64,000 nt of DNA from Candidatus Omnitrophota bacterium (GTDB lineage Bacteria; Omnitrophota; Gorgyraeia; 2-02-FULL-51-18), in the NCBI GenBank assembly GCA_016206805.1, contig JACQQX010000016.1, forward strand, positions 13,256 to 77,255, in the 5' to 3' direction. Each line of letters opens with the position of its first letter. The stretch's first letter is position 1. This document shows positions 9,938 through 18,871 of the stretch, piece after piece. The notes under the pieces are model-generated. The model did not search any database. It was not told the origin of the DNA and was given only the letters and a program-made list of their open reading frames with translations. Both the position numbers and the translations under genes were made by a program.

Positions 9938-11469
9938 GAATCATTCTCCTTCATCTTTGAACAAACAAAACGATAAAACGCTTTGATAGATTCGCCGGCC
10001 GTTTGGCTGCCGGTTTTTATCACAAAATCAGGTTTCTGTGGCGGCTCATAAGGGCTTGCCGGCGAAAAACCGATAAGATCCGGCAATTCATTCCGCTTGG
10101 CCTTGGCATACAATCCTTTCACGTCGCGGCCCATCACGCATTCCAGATTGGCGTCAAAAAAGACCTCATAAAACGAGCCCGGTAAAAGCTCCCGGGCCGC
10201 TTGCCGCGAAACCCGGTAAGGCGAAATGATGGGGACCAGAATAACATCGAACTCCGCGCGCCTGGACGCGCAAAGTGAAGCGATGCGTTCATTGTTTTCC
10301 AGAATTTCTTCCCGGGCAAAGCCCAGATCCTTATGAAAATACTTTCTAATCTCATCTCCGTCCAGCACCAACACGGAACGGCCGCTTTTCTCTAGCAGAG
10401 CCTGGATGCCGGCGGCCACGGTTGTTTTACCCGAACCCGAAAGACCGGTAAACCAAAAAACAGGGGCGTGCCGGTAAATGCGTGAAAAATCAAAACCTTT
10501 TTCAAACTCGCGGATCAGCCTCACCATCATCTCCGCGCATCCGACCGGATCTTTTCCGATGGCCGTTTCCGCGGCCAGCACCAGTCCATCCGCGCCATCA
10601 ATCAAAGTATTGATGACGTCATTGACCTCGGCCCGCGTGGGGCCGGGAGACACCGTCATGGATTCCAGGAGATTGGTGGCCACATAAACTTTTTTCCGGG
10701 CTTTTTTGGCCTGGCGGATAATGTATTTTTGAAGCCAAGGGATCCGCTCGATAGGCTCTTCGCGCGACAAATCCCCACGGTCAATCAAAAGCGCGTCGGC
10801 CTTGGCGGAGATGTCATCCAAATGCACCAATCCATTGCGGCATTCTATCTTGGCGATCACAAAAGTATCGGGATCGCAATGCTTTCGGACTTCATCCACA
10901 TCGGAGGCGTGATTGGCAAAAGAAAGCGCCACATGACGCACGCCCATTTTCCGCCCGATCGCTAGCGCTTGAAGGTCCTTCGGCGTCATCACCGGCAGGT
11001 CAATCGGCCGCTCCACCGTCACGGCTTTATTCCGCCCGATTTTGCCGCCGTTGATCACTTTTAAAATCAGCTTGCCGCCTTCGCGCCTCACCACCTGAAC
11101 CAGCACGGCATTAAAATCAATGCTGATCCTGTCTCCCGCTCTCAACTGCGGGCCAATGCCCTCCGGATAAAAATTAAACTGACGGGCATCTCCCGGCACC
11201 GGTTCTTCGGGAATAGTCACGAGACTGTCTTTTTCTAATACCACTTCCGCCGCGGCAAAATTTCCAGTACGGATCTGGGCGCCTTCGGTGTCCAGACAAA
11301 TAGGCTTGGAGGTATGGCTTCGGATCTGCCGGATCACTTTTTCAACATCCTCGGCTTTAGTATGCGATAAATTGATGCGAAAGAGCCCGACGCCCAACTC
11401 ATCCAAACGCCGGATGACCTCCGGACCCATCGAAGAAGGGCCTAGCGTGCAAAGAATTTCTTTATTCAT
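9931..11469 (-). CDS. Fusion protein: pyruvate-kinase-like barrel domain + adenylyl-sulfate (APS) kinase-like P-loop domain
   Basis: N-terminal half is PK-like (NKEILCTLGPSS...LFRINLSHT...ICLDTEGAQIRTG...MTVSPGPTRAEVNDVINTLIDGADGLVLAAETAIGKDP). C-terminal half is CysC-like (FWFTGLSGSGKTT...LDGDEIR...ISPYRVSRQAARE...EVFFDANLECVMGRDVKGLYAKA). The start is set at MNKEIL, forming an ATGA-type overlap with the upstream flippase; the ORF could extend to 11580. Confidence 0.7.
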   Translation of the reverse strand: MNKEILCTLGPSSMGPEVIRRLDELGVGLFRINLSHTKAEDVEKVIRQIRSHTSKPICLDTEGAQIRTGNFAAAEVVLEKDSLVTIPEEPVPGDARQFNFYPEGIGPQLRAGDRISIDFNAVLVQVVRREGGKLILKVINGGKIGRNKAVTVERPIDLPVMTPKDLQALAIGRKMGVRHVALSFANHASDVDEVRKHCDPDTFVIAKIECRNGLVHLDDISAKADALLIDRGDLSREEPIERIPWLQKYIIRQAKKARKKVYVATNLLESMTVSPGPTRAEVNDVINTLIDGADGLVLAAETAIGKDPVGCAEMMVRLIREFEKGFDFSRIYRHAPVFWFTGLSGSGKTTVAAGIQALLEKSGRSVLVLDGDEIRKYFHKDLGFAREEILENNERIASLCASRRAEFDVILVPIISPYRVSRQAARELLPGSFYEVFFDANLECVMGRDVKGLYAKAKRNELPDLIGFSPASPYEPPQKPDFVIKTGSQTAGESIKAFYRFVCSKMKENDSC

Positions 11470-12959
11470 ACGATTTCCTTTCGTGCTCCCCAAAAACGTC
11501 TGCGCACCGCTCCAAAAAAATCTGTCTGCCGGTTTAATCTCCAAAGAAAAGGAGCATAAATGGCCGCGAAAATCAGCCATTGCAAAAGCGACTGCCCAAA
11601 TGACCGCTCCGCATCCGGAAAAAACGCTTTAACAATAAAGAGACAAGCCGTCATGAATAAAAACTTTCCGAGCTTGATGCCGTAATCCCGGAGACATTCT
11701 CCCAACGGAGTGATCACGCGGCAAGCGATGAAATAAGTCGCCGTGAAACGGACAAAAACCACAAAAGTCGTGGCCATGCCCACTCCAACCAGGCCCCAGC
11801 CATTCTGAAGAACCAAAAAATTGGATACAAAAGCCAGAAAGCAGACTCCGGCCATGATGGGCACCAAAATCATTTGTTTGCGCATCACCGTGATGAAATA
11901 ACTATACGGATGCGCCAAGGCCAGAAAATAGGCGCTAACGATCAAAAACCGCATCGGCTCAATGCTTCCCATGTAATCCGGCAGCACGATGCGCGCGAAA
12001 TAAGGCACCAAAAACCAACCCCCGGCGATCAAAAGCGGCATGATGGCGCTGAAAGCATCCGATGATTTGGATAGATAGCCTTTTAAATCCCGCAGATTTT
12101 CTGTTTCACCAAAGCGCTGATGAAAATTGGGGATCAAGACAACGCCGATTGAATTGGGAACCGTGCCCAGATAAGTGTAAGTCAAAATGGCGACGCTATA
12201 AATACCCAGCGCCTCCAAACCCAGCATTTTGGCGATCATGAGTTTATCAATGGTCAAAAAAAGAGCGCCCGTCAACCCTACCAGCAGCAACGGAGAACCG
12301 TAACGGATGAGTGAAATAATTTTTTCACGTTCCAAGCGCCACGCAAAAACAAAGCGGTGATGCGCGAGAATATAGACGATATTGAATAGAAAGCTGAAAC
12401 ACATGGCCCACATAAACCCATAAATTTGAAAACGATAAGACAAGACTGCCACCAACACCGCGTTGATGATAGAGGAGTAAATCATCTGCCGGGACGCCAA
12501 ACCAAAAAGCTTGTATCCCCTCAGAAAAGAAATATATAAATTATTCAACCGCTGCAGGATGACCAATGCCGACATAAAAATCAAACCATAGAAAACGACT
12601 TCCGATAAATGCGCGCGGCTCCAGAAAGCATAAACCAGAAGAGCCGCCGCCGAAATAACCGCCGTCAGGGCTGAGAAACTAAAAATCGTATCCGCGGTTT
12701 CCGTGATTTTGTCATCGTCTCCCTTCCCCTGATAATAGGGAATTTCCCGGGAAATCGCCTCCGCCACTCCAAAGGTGGTGTACGCCGAATAAACCAGGAT
12801 GATTTGCAGAAGCGACCATAAACCCATCTGGGTTGGCCCCAAAAAACGCCGGCTTAAAATTGCCGCAACCAGCGTAACCAGCTGAGTGATGATAGAAGCG
12901 GCTGAGTATAGCCCGGCGTCCAGAATAACTTTTTCTCTTTCGACCTGACGGGCATTCAT
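11466..12959 (-). CDS. Polysaccharide biosynthesis protein / Wzx-like oligosaccharide flippase (MOP superfamily)
   Basis: 497 aa with about 12 predicted hydrophobic helices throughout, and a topology and size typical of Wzx/RfbX flippases in glycan loci. Confidence 0.6.
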   Translation of the reverse strand: MNARQVEREKVILDAGLYSAASIITQLVTLVAAILSRRFLGPTQMGLWSLLQIILVYSAYTTFGVAEAISREIPYYQGKGDDDKITETADTIFSFSALTAVISAAALLVYAFWSRAHLSEVVFYGLIFMSALVILQRLNNLYISFLRGYKLFGLASRQMIYSSIINAVLVAVLSYRFQIYGFMWAMCFSFLFNIVYILAHHRFVFAWRLEREKIISLIRYGSPLLLVGLTGALFLTIDKLMIAKMLGLEALGIYSVAILTYTYLGTVPNSIGVVLIPNFHQRFGETENLRDLKGYLSKSSDAFSAIMPLLIAGGWFLVPYFARIVLPDYMGSIEPMRFLIVSAYFLALAHPYSYFITVMRKQMILVPIMAGVCFLAFVSNFLVLQNGWGLVGVGMATTFVVFVRFTATYFIACRVITPLGECLRDYGIKLGKFLFMTACLFIVKAFFPDAERSFGQSLLQWLIFAAIYAPFLWRLNRQTDFFGAVRRRFWGARKEIV

Positions 12960-14818
12960 ACGGAGACCTCGAAAGCTTTTTCAACAAATCGCACCGCGCG
13001 GTCGGAGGCCTTTCCATCGTTAAGGCCCAAATAATATCCGGGATTTCTGCGGGAAAAGCGGCTTTGATACTGATCTCTACCCTCACGCGCGAGCCATGTT
13101 AATTCTGACCGTAAGCTTTCGGCGCTGGAAACAACTTTACAATAACCATCCTGAGCATAACGGTTGAGAATATCGCTTTGAAAAGGTGGCAGCGCGACAA
13201 AAAAAGTCGGCACCTTGCCAATCGCCGATTCAATCATAGCGGTAGACCAGTAAGCCACCAGCATCGCGTCCGACTCCAAAAGGATTTTAAAAAAATCATC
13301 GGAGTGCTTGGCTAGCGTCACATGTTTTCCCGGAGATTCTTTTTCAAGAAAACTTTTCCATAGCGGAATGGATTCATAGCTATGCGGTTTGATGATTAAA
13401 TCTACCGGTAAACCCTCGATGGCTTGAAAAATCGCCCGAATCACCGGGATTTGTATTCCCCCAAAACAGATGTTGTGGTTTCCCAGATAACCCTGCTGGT
13501 CCGGCGAATGGAGCCATAATCCTGTCGCGCAAAATAAAAGCTGAAGTCTTTCATTTTTTGGAGGGGGGTTGCCGCTTTTTTCTTCCAGCATCCGGATCAA
13601 ACGGTCGTACCGGGGCGTTCCCGTAACCTGGATGCCCTCGGGATTCCATCCTCTGGCGGCGTACATATCTTTTTCAAAATCCGAATGGACTAGTGTCGTG
13701 GAATGATTGAACGTCATACCTTCCGCAGGAACCGCAAAGCTCACCGCCAGGTTCGCGTGGGAAACACAAAAAATAGGCACGCCTTTTTTTCTCATGAAAG
13801 CTGCCAGAAAAGACCCCCGAAGCGCGTAATCCTCATCCAGCACCACCGCTCCTATGAAAAAATCCTTCAATAGCCTTTCATAGAACATTTGCTCACCTTC
13901 CAGACGACCCCAATAGGTCCTTGTTGTTGGCAGGATTTCATCCCTCACAAAATCTGAAAAATCATACCCCTGATACACAAAAAGACTTTCTGCGCGCGCC
14001 GCCTCAAAAGCGGCCGCCAGCTGATTTTCAACTGTCTTTGAAAAATTTCCTGAGGATGGCAAAAGATAAGGCATGCCTTTTCGCGCTGCGAATAAAAACT
14101 GTTCCCGGTGAAATGCAAAATCATAAATCGCCGCGGGCACCCTCCGGGACTTGAGTCCTTCCAATACGGGAGCCAAATGCCTCAACGAGCCATGCACCAG
14201 AACCAATGGACGTCTGCCTGGCTTCATGCAAAACCTACAAAAGACTTCCATCGCTTTTTTGACCCATTTGGCGATACGGGACTTGAATGACTTGTCCTGA
14301 AAAGGCATAACATGCTCCCCTGCCCCCTCCTCTTCAGCGATAATCTCCTGAAAAGGGATACCCGCAGAAACACACCGCGCTTTAAGAAAAGTGTTCAAAT
14401 GCGCGTTCCCTGAGAAAAAAGGATAATCCCTTTTAGCGCTGGAAATAAAAATAAGAACTTCCTCCGGCCGCTCCTTTTCCACGATTCTTTGGGCATAATA
14501 ATAATTTTTAACAGCAGGGATGAGTGTGTAAGAGAAAAAAAGCCGGATAACGGAGATCAAATTCACATCGGGGAAAATACGTCTTTCCTGGGACAAACGT
14601 ACCCATCGTCCTGTAACCAAACATCCCCAAGTGTTGATGTCGGCCCAAAGATCTTTCAAACTAAATTCATCCAAAACCTCAAAAGCAATGCCCTTGGCCT
14701 TAAAAAAACCATAAAACCGCTCATTGTCGCAATAAATTTTCCAGGCATCTAAACGGCCTAAGGTGGCTTGCTCAAATTTTCGGTACTGGGACTGGTTGGA
14801 TAAGACAACGGCTTTCAT
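12956..14818 (-). CDS. Uncharacterised 620-aa protein; possible GT-B-fold glycosyl/glycerophosphotransferase or capsule-synthesis (KpsC/KpsS/TagF-like) domain
   Basis: No clear signature. The C-terminal half (LLFCATGLWLHSP...IKPHSYESIP...VTGTPRYDRL...) resembles GT-B C-terminal Rossmann domains. Function uncertain. Confidence 0.3.
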   Translation of the reverse strand: MKAVVLSNQSQYRKFEQATLGRLDAWKIYCDNERFYGFFKAKGIAFEVLDEFSLKDLWADINTWGCLVTGRWVRLSQERRIFPDVNLISVIRLFFSYTLIPAVKNYYYAQRIVEKERPEEVLIFISSAKRDYPFFSGNAHLNTFLKARCVSAGIPFQEIIAEEEGAGEHVMPFQDKSFKSRIAKWVKKAMEVFCRFCMKPGRRPLVLVHGSLRHLAPVLEGLKSRRVPAAIYDFAFHREQFLFAARKGMPYLLPSSGNFSKTVENQLAAAFEAARAESLFVYQGYDFSDFVRDEILPTTRTYWGRLEGEQMFYERLLKDFFIGAVVLDEDYALRGSFLAAFMRKKGVPIFCVSHANLAVSFAVPAEGMTFNHSTTLVHSDFEKDMYAARGWNPEGIQVTGTPRYDRLIRMLEEKSGNPPPKNERLQLLFCATGLWLHSPDQQGYLGNHNICFGGIQIPVIRAIFQAIEGLPVDLIIKPHSYESIPLWKSFLEKESPGKHVTLAKHSDDFFKILLESDAMLVAYWSTAMIESAIGKVPTFFVALPPFQSDILNRYAQDGYCKVVSSAESLRSELTWLAREGRDQYQSRFSRRNPGYYLGLNDGKASDRAVRFVEKAFEVSV

Positions 14819-15477
14819 GAAAGCTCGAGGTAACGGGCGAGGGCTTCATAATCGGGCAGAAGCTTGGCCTGGGGAATCGAGAGACCCTTTCCCGGAGAAA
14901 GGGCCACAAAATCCACTCCCGCTAGATGGGCACCTTCCCAGTCAGCCATGGAGTCCCCAATCATCAGCACACGACCGGCAGAATAACCATTTTCCCTTAA
15001 AATACGCGAGATGATTTCATGTTTTTTCGCCGGCACTCCATAAACGGAATGAAAATATTTATCCATGCCTCTTTTGGAAATAATGCGTCGTAGCTCCCCT
15101 TCCGGCGTGCCCGAAGCCACATGAAGCGGTAAAAGCTGGTGATGGCCGGCTAAAAAAGCATCGGCGCCCGCCATCCACGGCGCACGAGCCACCTCATCCT
15201 CGACGAGCCTTGAAAAACGGCTACCCATCGCGGACTCTTCCGAAGGCGTTAGCTCTTTATTCAAAAAAACTTTATGGCAGTGCTGAAATTTCAAAAAACG
15301 TGATACGCCAAAATTTTGCAAATGATACTCAACGGCTTTTTGGGTGATGTCCCGCCCATAAGGCGCGTAAAGCTCTTCAAAAGCCTTCACTTTGATAGCC
15401 TCGGAGTCCACTAATACGCCGTCAAAATCAAAAATCAGCGCGTCATACTTCAAAGCGGTCATGCGGTTTTGAGCCAT
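14815..15477 (-). CDS. HAD-IA family hydrolase (beta-phosphoglucomutase/phosphatase-like)
   Basis: Motif I LIFDFDGVLVDSE (DxDG), a downstream MIGDSMADWEGAHLAG motif III/IV equivalent, and a cap helical domain. Confidence 0.75.
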   Translation of the reverse strand: MAQNRMTALKYDALIFDFDGVLVDSEAIKVKAFEELYAPYGRDITQKAVEYHLQNFGVSRFLKFQHCHKVFLNKELTPSEESAMGSRFSRLVEDEVARAPWMAGADAFLAGHHQLLPLHVASGTPEGELRRIISKRGMDKYFHSVYGVPAKKHEIISRILRENGYSAGRVLMIGDSMADWEGAHLAGVDFVALSPGKGLSIPQAKLLPDYEALARYLELS

Positions 15478-16478
15478 TTTTCATTCACACAATGAAAAGG
15501 TTTTTTGCCTTCCAAAACACGCTTGGCTTCCAGCGCCGCCTTGGAACGCAGCTCGGCGTCCGCTTCCACAGAAACAAATGCCGCGTGCGGCGTAATCACC
15601 AAGCGATGCGCTATCCACGCCTCACGCTTGCGCCATGCTTTAATCAACGGGTGTTTGTTATCGGCTGGTTCTATTGGCAGAACGTCCAGTCCCGCACCGC
15701 GTAAACACCCGGACTTGAGTGCCGCATGCAGCGCATCCAAATCCATCAGCGCACCGCGCGAAGTATTGATAAAAAGAGCGTCTTTTTTCATCTTAAAAAA
15801 AAAGGAAGCGTCTGCCATCCCCTTGGTTTCAGGAGTCAGCGGCACATGCATCGACACGGCATCCGCGGCAGACAATAACTCATCCAGTGATCGGCAGCGT
15901 TTGATCCCCAACGCTTTTTCCTGTCCGGGGCCGATATAAGGATCATAAAAAAGAACCTGCATGCCAAAAGCCTTGGCCCTCATTGCCACAGCCGTCCCGA
16001 TGGGCCCCAAACCAATAATCCCCAGTACTGAACCAGTAATCCGGTGCAATGTGCCAGCCGAATGCCAATTCCAATGGCTATTGGAAGCGCGAACATTTTC
16101 ACTGAACGCGTAAATCCCCCGCGCCAATGTCAGAAAAAGCGCCAGTGCGTGATCGGCCACGTCTTCGGTTCCATAATCCGGCACATTGCACACCCGGATA
16201 CCGCGCTTGCCGGCGGCGGCCAGATCAACACTATCGACACCGACACCCATCCGGACGATCACGCGGCAACGGTCCAGCTTTTCAATAACATCCGCCCTCA
16301 TGGGCATCCAATGCCACACCAGGATCGCATCCGCGCTTTTCCAAACCTTGTCTGAAATTTCCTCTGGCCGATGCGCGCAGGGCGTCATAATCCGGGCCTT
16401 TTTCCCAAAAATCCCCTGCTCGAGGCGGGCCGGCGCCTTTAAAAGATCAGGAATGAGAATGAACGGGTGTTTTGTCAT
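15459..16478 (-). CDS. D-isomer-specific 2-hydroxyacid dehydrogenase (NAD-binding; phosphoglycerate/glycerate dehydrogenase-like)
   Basis: NAD-binding GIIGLGPIGTAVAMRAKAFGMQVLFYDPY plus a catalytic domain with the R/E/H arrangement typical of the family. The start is placed at MTKHPFILI; the ORF could extend to 16556, overlapping the upstream gene. Confidence 0.7.
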   Translation of the reverse strand: MTKHPFILIPDLLKAPARLEQGIFGKKARIMTPCAHRPEEISDKVWKSADAILVWHWMPMRADVIEKLDRCRVIVRMGVGVDSVDLAAAGKRGIRVCNVPDYGTEDVADHALALFLTLARGIYAFSENVRASNSHWNWHSAGTLHRITGSVLGIIGLGPIGTAVAMRAKAFGMQVLFYDPYIGPGQEKALGIKRCRSLDELLSAADAVSMHVPLTPETKGMADASFFFKMKKDALFINTSRGALMDLDALHAALKSGCLRGAGLDVLPIEPADNKHPLIKAWRKREAWIAHRLVITPHAAFVSVEADAELRSKAALEAKRVLEGKKPFHCVNEKWLKTA

Positions 16479-17208
16479 AAGGCGTCTGTGTTTCGGTAAA
16501 ACCATTTTTTCTAAGCCAAAACTCCACTTGCGGCATCTGCCATTCATAATCCACATCTAAACCACCCCATTGCTCCAGCGGATGCACTTTGCGGCCAATC
16601 CACGGAAAAGGCGGCACACCATAATCAAAATCAAAACATTTCGGGCGCACTACGAAAGCGGAGCAGTCCGGGAAAAAAGTATCCCCCTGCGAATCGCGAT
16701 CGCAGGTTGCTGAGCTAAAGGACTCATGGGAAATAAAAGGCTGGAGCCTTCCATTCACGATTTGATGGGCACGCAGCGGGCTCCACATGTTGTAGCGGCT
16801 TACGGTCACGGCCGAGTCCAGATCCGGATTGGCGCGAAGCGCCTCTATTCCCTTATCGATAATCCCCGGCGTCACCGTCGCGCCATTGCAAAACAAAAGA
16901 ACCATCATCTCCACTTTTTCAGGCTTGTTGCGGTCAATAATGATGTCATAACCGTTCTTAAACGCGTCTTGAGAAAGCGCTTTGTTGGTGGCCAAATTCG
17001 GATCGCGCATGATGATCTCCGCGCCGTATTCCTTGCCGATGGCCGCAATCTCAGGCGAATCCGTCGATACATACACTTTGTCCACGAGCTTTGAATGTTT
17101 GGCGGCCTGGATGCAATACGACGAAAGCGGCCTGCCGACGATTTTGGTCAGGTTTTTATTTTTGAAACCGGTGCTCCCGGCCCTTCCGATAGTGAGCGCT
17201 GCTATCAT
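16447..17208 (-). CDS. Acylneuraminate cytidylyltransferase-family protein (CMP-NulO/CMP-sugar-acid synthetase-like) with C-terminal extension
   Basis: MIAALTIGRAGSTGFKNKNLTKIVGRPL...YVSTDSPEIAAIGKEYGAEII matches CTP_transf_3 (NeuA/KdsB-like). The C-terminal ~90 residues are extra. Confidence 0.7.
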   Translation of the reverse strand: MIAALTIGRAGSTGFKNKNLTKIVGRPLSSYCIQAAKHSKLVDKVYVSTDSPEIAAIGKEYGAEIIMRDPNLATNKALSQDAFKNGYDIIIDRNKPEKVEMMVLLFCNGATVTPGIIDKGIEALRANPDLDSAVTVSRYNMWSPLRAHQIVNGRLQPFISHESFSSATCDRDSQGDTFFPDCSAFVVRPKCFDFDYGVPPFPWIGRKVHPLEQWGGLDVDYEWQMPQVEFWLRKNGFTETQTPYDKTPVHSHS

Positions 17209-17843
17209 TTTTTTATCCTTTCTCGTTGAATGGAGCTGGAAAGCTCTCCAAGGCCTTCGATCGTCATGCGGACTTCATCTCCGGGTTTCACCAACGACTG
17301 ACGAGCGCCGGCCGGAGTTCCGGTAAGGACCAAGTCCCCCGGTTCGAGCGTAAAAAATCGAGTGATCAGGCTCAACGCCTGACTATCATTGAGAATACGG
17401 TTGGCCGTCGTGCTTTTTTGAGTGATGCGCTCATTGATGCGGGTCGATAGCGCGAGGTCTCGCGTGTCCAAATCCGTCGCTAAAAAGGGTCCGACCGGGC
17501 AAAATGTCTCAAGCCCTTTGGAGCGCGCCAAATGCCAGTCGCGGCCATGAATATTTTCAGCTGTCACGTCATTGGCAATCGTGTAGCCTAAAATATAATC
17601 CCGCGCGCGCGAAACCGGCACATGTCGGGCTCTTTTTTTAATCACGAATGCCAGCTCCACCTCCACCCAAACGGTGTCGATGCCCTGCGGAATACGAATC
17701 GGCTGACCCGACAGGATCACTCCGCGCGGAGATTTGAAAAAAATAAGCGGTTCATCAAATTTCTTTTTAGGACCGACCAGGTCTTTGTAATTATAGGCCA
17801 GCGCGATAACGTTCTTGGGTTGACGGAGTTTTAAGCGTTTCAT
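17205..17843 (-). CDS. Fumarylacetoacetate hydrolase (FAH) family protein (hydratase/decarboxylase/isomerase-type)
   Basis: Matches the FAH fold consensus (NVIALAYNYKDL...PLIFFKSPRGV...WVEVELAFVIKKRA...ILGYTIANDVTAENI...GLETFCPVGPFLAT) with metal-binding acidic residues. Confidence 0.7.
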   Translation of the reverse strand: MKRLKLRQPKNVIALAYNYKDLVGPKKKFDEPLIFFKSPRGVILSGQPIRIPQGIDTVWVEVELAFVIKKRARHVPVSRARDYILGYTIANDVTAENIHGRDWHLARSKGLETFCPVGPFLATDLDTRDLALSTRINERITQKSTTANRILNDSQALSLITRFFTLEPGDLVLTGTPAGARQSLVKPGDEVRMTIEGLGELSSSIQRERIKK

Positions 17844-18871
17844 AGGAATGCGATCAAATCCGCCACGCGACGGCTATAGCCCCATTCGTTGTCATACCAT
17901 AGAACTAGCTTTACATTATTTTTTGAATTGGCACGGGTCCAGCGCCCATCCACCACCAGCGATTGGTCTATTCCCAGAAAATCCACCGAAACCAGACTTT
18001 CTTCCTGGTAACCGATAATGCGACGATTCGTGCGCGCATGCCGCTTAAAAAGCTCGTTGATGCGTTTAGCGGTGACCGGCTTGGCCAGCGTCAGCGTCAG
18101 GTCAGAAGCCGAAACAGCGCCTGTCGGCACGCGGAAGGAAATGACATTTAATTTCTCATTTAAATTGGGGAGCACGCGTCCCAAAGCCTGTCCAACGGTG
18201 GTCTCTTTGGGAATTAAGCTATAGCTGCTGGCCCGTCCAAGCGCGAAGTCTTGCCAAAAATGCCCTGGGCTCGAAACAGAACGAACAGAGCCATCCAACA
18301 GATTTTGATAAGAAAGCCAGGGATGAAGCGTTGTGATATACCCGTGGTCAATGCCATAGGCCTCATCCAGGATTTTTAGGACAGGTGCCGCCGCATTCAC
18401 ATCACAAATGCTGGCGCTGACCACGTGGTGCTTGGCCGAGTTATACTGTTTTTCGTTCACACCAAAGATAAGCGTAAAATCCACGCCGTTTTTTGGAGAA
18501 TGCGTGATGATCACTTTACGCGCCGCCTGGTCTTTCAGAAGTTTGCGGCCGGAAAGCACATTTTGATAAACGCCGCTGGCATCCACAACAACATCGACGC
18601 CATATTTTTTCCAAGGCACTCTCGCGATATCCTGCTCAGAATGAAATGAAACCTTTTGACCATCCACCGTCATGGCCATATTGCCATTGGCCGCGGCTAC
18701 TTTTCCTTTAAAGCGGCCATGGATGGAGTCGTATTTTAAAAGATAGGCGTGGTTTTCCACATTGGGGTCCAGGTCATTGACCGCGACGATGCGGAAACTT
18801 TTTTCTTTTTGATTGATCCTGAAAAGGACCCGGCCGATGCGGCCAAATCCATTGAGTCCTACGCGTATCAT
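17840..18871 (-). CDS. Glyceraldehyde-3-phosphate dehydrogenase-family paralog
   Basis: N-terminal Rossmann IRVGLNGFGRIGRVLFR...IVAVND and the catalytic Cys in VVSASICDVNAAAPVLKIL (equivalent to the S-C-T-T-N-C region). Start at MIRVGL forms an ATGA overlap with the upstream gene. Confidence 0.7.
   Translation of the reverse strand: MIRVGLNGFGRIGRVLFRINQKEKSFRIVAVNDLDPNVENHAYLLKYDSIHGRFKGKVAAANGNMAMTVDGQKVSFHSEQDIARVPWKKYGVDVVVDASGVYQNVLSGRKLLKDQAARKVIITHSPKNGVDFTLIFGVNEKQYNSAKHHVVSASICDVNAAAPVLKILDEAYGIDHGYITTLHPWLSYQNLLDGSVRSVSSPGHFWQDFALGRASSYSLIPKETTVGQALGRVLPNLNEKLNVISFRVPTGAVSASDLTLTLAKPVTAKRINELFKRHARTNRRIIGYQEESLVSVDFLGIDQSLVVDGRWTRANSKNNVKLVLWYDNEWGYSRRVADLIAFL

Noticed and set aside
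9931-11469. APS-kinase-like domain as part of canonical assimilatory sulfate reduction
   Set aside because: No cysD/cysN/sat, cysH or sulfite reductase genes are in the window. The domain is fused to a PK-like domain and embedded in a glycan locus, so a housekeeping CysC role is unlikely.
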